Source: a bacterium
GTDB lineage: Bacteria; SAR324; NAC60-12
Direction: 5' to 3'
NCBI GenBank assembly: GCA_965205865.1
Contig: CBDBHR010000026.1
Span: 224,997-288,996, forward strand
DNA: 64,000 bases
Part shown: piece by piece, positions 61,299 through 64,000 of the stretch
Position numbering within the stretch: the stretch's first letter is position 1
Layout of the letters: the number at the start of each line of letters is the position of its first letter
The notes under the pieces: model-generated
What the model was told of the DNA's origin: nothing
Seen by the model: only the letters and a program-made list of their open reading frames with translations
Databases searched by the model: none
Translations under genes and position numbers: made by a program

Positions 61299-63255
61299 GT
61301 GCGCCAGGAAAGCTGGCAAGAAATAGAGAGTGAAAGTCTCTTACTCGGTAAGGCAGTAACGACCCGCCGAGTCCCCGAGTCATGAGTGGTTATTCGCAAG
61401 GATAGGCGCTAAGCGTTGACAAGGGAGAACATAGGCTCGGTATCGAGCTCCGAAATCATAGTTTCAGGCGCTGACCTTGTGGTCTGGTGGGGAAGGCAAT
61501 ATCAACCGAAGGCGTTAGCGTGAGTCTCGGCTGAGCCTGGCGGAGTCAAAGACCCGGTGCATGTGTGGAAGTTTCTTGATCGGAACCTGGGAGATCCTAA
61601 AGACGACTGTCAACATTCCATTGGTAGTCGGATCGGGAAAATTTATAAATAACCCCGATATCTACGTCTTCAGGAAGTCGGACAAGTTCGTAGTAGCGAT
61701 GAAGCGGCGAACAATGAGATCATTTGTTGAGAGTAACAATGCAAAGGAAATCAACGGAGCCTGTGGAGCAAAGGGACTTGGCTGAGAGGAATTCTGCTTG
61801 CCCTCCTGTGTTCGGAACTCGGAGGCCGGTAAAATCAGAGAGCGGTTTAAGCAGGGTGCGCCAAAGGGCGAAGAGGACTCCCCATCTTCAATTCAACAAT
61901 CTCTTTCATCACATCAACCCTGACTTACTGCGGAGAGCTTACTTTGATCTCAATCGCAACTCAGCGGCGGGAGTGGACGAGGAGACCTGGAATGAGTATG
62001 GCATAAATCTCCTGGAGCGGATTAACGATCTGCACGGGAGGATCCACCAAGAACGTTATCGTCCTCAGCCTTCTCTGCGAGTGTGGGTTCCTAAACCGGA
62101 TGGCCGTCAAAGGCCAATCGGAATAGCCGCACTTGAAGACAAGATCGTACAACAAGCCCTCGTTTGGACGTTGGAATCGATCTATGAGGAGGATTTCCTT
62201 GGGTTTAGTTACGGGTTCCGACCCGGACGAAGCCAACATCAAGCCTTAGACGCTTTGTATGTGGCCATTACCCAACGGAAAGTGAGCTACATCTTAGATG
62301 CGGATATTCAAGGATTTTTCGACACAATTCAGCATGATTGGATGCTGAAATTTATCAAGCATCGAATCTCCGACAAAAGGATTCTGCGTTTAGTAGAGAA
62401 AACGTTGCGCGCCGGAGTCATCGAAGATGGGAAGTGGTCTGAAACGGTGGTCGGAACACCACAAGGTTCGGTAGTTTCTCCAATCTATTCAAATATCTAC
62501 CTGCACTATGTTTTAGATCTATGGGTCAATCAATGGAGAAGGCGGGAAGCTCGGGGGGAAGTTTACATCATTCGCTATGCGGATGATTTCGTCGTGGGTT
62601 TTCAATATTCTGAAGATGGCCAGAAATTTAATCGCCAACTAAGAGAACGCCTCTCTCAATTTGGACTGACTTTACATGAAGAGAAAACACGCCTCATCGA
62701 GTTCGGGCGATTTGCCGCCGATAACCGGGAAAAACAAGGTCTGGGAAAACCGGAAAGTTTCGACTTTTCAGGATTCACTCATGTCTGTGACACTCGGATA
62801 AAGGATGGAAAATTCAAGCTCACCCGTCTCACCATTTCCAAAAGGTTGCGAAAGAAGCTCAAAGAGATCAAACTTGAAGCGAAACGCAAACGTCATGAAA
62901 ATGCGCATGAACAAGGAAAATGGCTCAGGTCTGTTTTAAACGGTCTGTACAACTACTATGGAGTCCCCGGCAACCGGAGTTCCTTGAATGCTTTTCGCAC
63001 GGAAATCCATCGGACGTGGTTCAAATCACTAAGACGGAGGAGTCACAAAGCAAAGAGGATGAACTGGGAACGCTTCAAAGTACTGGTCAAACTACACATT
63101 CCTTCTGTAAGGACAACCCACCCGTATCCGAATCAACGTTTGAGCGTCTGACTCGAAGCAGGAGCCGGATGCGTTAGCAGCGCACGTCCGGATTTGTACC
63201 GGAGGAATGACGAAAGGTGGCTGGAAACCTCTATAAGTCAGTTCTTTACGGTGAC
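61299..63255 (+). mobile_element. Complete group II intron (IIB-like, no endonuclease domain), 1957 nt
   Basis: 5' GTGCG, domain V GAGCCGGATGCG...CGCACGTCCGG, 3' GGTGAC; removing it restores GGGGTCAGGCC|TTTGATTA. Confidence 0.93.
61739..63151 (+). CDS. ltrA: Group II intron reverse transcriptase/maturase
   Basis: SAAGVD, PKPDGRQRPIGI, SYGFRPGRS, DADIQGFFD, GTPQG, RYADD, maturase X domain. Confidence 0.95.
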   Translation: MQRKSTEPVEQRDLAERNSACPPVFGTRRPVKSESGLSRVRQRAKRTPHLQFNNLFHHINPDLLRRAYFDLNRNSAAGVDEETWNEYGINLLERINDLHGRIHQERYRPQPSLRVWVPKPDGRQRPIGIAALEDKIVQQALVWTLESIYEEDFLGFSYGFRPGRSQHQALDALYVAITQRKVSYILDADIQGFFDTIQHDWMLKFIKHRISDKRILRLVEKTLRAGVIEDGKWSETVVGTPQGSVVSPIYSNIYLHYVLDLWVNQWRRREARGEVYIIRYADDFVVGFQYSEDGQKFNRQLRERLSQFGLTLHEEKTRLIEFGRFAADNREKQGLGKPESFDFSGFTHVCDTRIKDGKFKLTRLTISKRLRKKLKEIKLEAKRKRHENAHEQGKWLRSVLNGLYNYYGVPGNRSSLNAFRTEIHRTWFKSLRRRSHKAKRMNWERFKVLVKLHIPSVRTTHPYPNQRLSV

Positions 63256-63307
63256 TTTGATTATTTGATTAGGAATGAGTCCAGTTTTTTTGCCCCCATT
63301 TCATTTA

Positions 63308-63493
<186 letters not shown>

Positions 63494-63530
63494 CTAGACT
63501 GTTGGATTTGATTAGTCTTCACTATTTTTC

Positions 63531-63575
63531 GTTATTGTGAGAAACTGTCATTTTAAGACAGTTTCTCACAATAAC
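63531..63575. promoter_or_regulatory. Perfect 19-bp inverted repeat with 7-bp spacer upstream of an AbiEi-like gene
   Basis: GTTATTGTGAGAAACTGTC-ATTTTAA-GACAGTTTCTCACAATAAC. Confidence 0.75.
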
Positions 63576-63586
63576 GTATAGTCACA

Positions 63587-64000
63587 ATGTTTCCTTTGAT
63601 TGAAACCATCTACCGGACCCTTCCCTACGATTTTTTCACTGGTACGGAACTCACACGGCTGATTCCTGGGTCCGACGCCGCACGACAGGGTATCCTGAAA
63701 CGGGCGATGGCGAAGGGGGAATTGATTCGAATTCGTCGCGGAGTCTATTGTTTGGGAAACGCGTGGCAGCGAACCTCGCTCAACCTCTTTGCCTTGGCCC
63801 ACCGATGTTACAGTCCTTCTTATATCAGCCTGGAATCAGCACTCTCCTTCCACCACCTCATTCCTGAAGCGGTTTATGTCACTAGCAGTCTTTGTTTGAA
63901 AAGGAGTATGGATTTTCATAGCCCTGTAGGAGTATTTTCGTATACCCGTCACTCACGCTTTACCATGAAGGGGGTGGAACGTGTGATGATGGGGAATCTG
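63587..64000 (+). CDS. AbiEi-like type IV antitoxin, partial (runs off window end)
   Basis: MFPLIE...KGELIRIRRGVY...PSYISLESALSFHHLIPEAVY; read manually, not in the ORF track. Confidence 0.75.
   Translation, partial: MFPLIETIYRTLPYDFFTGTELTRLIPGSDAARQGILKRAMAKGELIRIRRGVYCLGNAWQRTSLNLFALAHRCYSPSYISLESALSFHHLIPEAVYVTSSLCLKRSMDFHSPVGVFSYTRHSRFTMKGVERVMMGNL

Noticed and set aside
61739-63151. Retron, Abi or CRISPR-associated RT
   Set aside because: Flanked by canonical group II ends and domain V; has an X domain; no Cas1 fusion or msr/msd

Overview
Bacterial window, possibly a deltaproteobacterial or SAR324-like lineage (taxonomy is inference only). Bases 1-8400 are an intact housekeeping block: xth 3' end, nadD, an archaeal-type glyA, heptose kinase, DsbA-like protein, lnt and a PhoR-like kinase. 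The remaining ~55 kb is a rearranged accessory region. It holds amplified and partly decayed peptide/nickel-type ABC modules (SBP plus two permeases, never an ATPase), three of them followed by an FAH-family gene. It also holds about ten toxin-antitoxin pairs or fragments, IS1380/IS701/ISNCY/IS21/IS91 elements or remnants, Rpn and Schlafen-domain genes, an orphan two-repeat CRISPR remnant, and many group II intron pieces. The strongest observations are five. (1) A complete group II intron (61299-63255) sits inside the terminal inverted repeat of a dispersed GGGGTCAGGCCTTT miniature element. (2) An ORF-less derivative (14013-14715) has an exact in-frame RT deletion and an EBS1/IBS1 compensatory change. 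(3) A four-copy element carries a His-rich small ORF whose indels all keep frame. (4) Duplicated transporter modules have near-identical permeases but patch-wise diverged binding proteins. (5) Several tandemly duplicated promoter or hairpin units lie upstream of the SBP genes. All alignments and counts were made by eye; no database searches were run.
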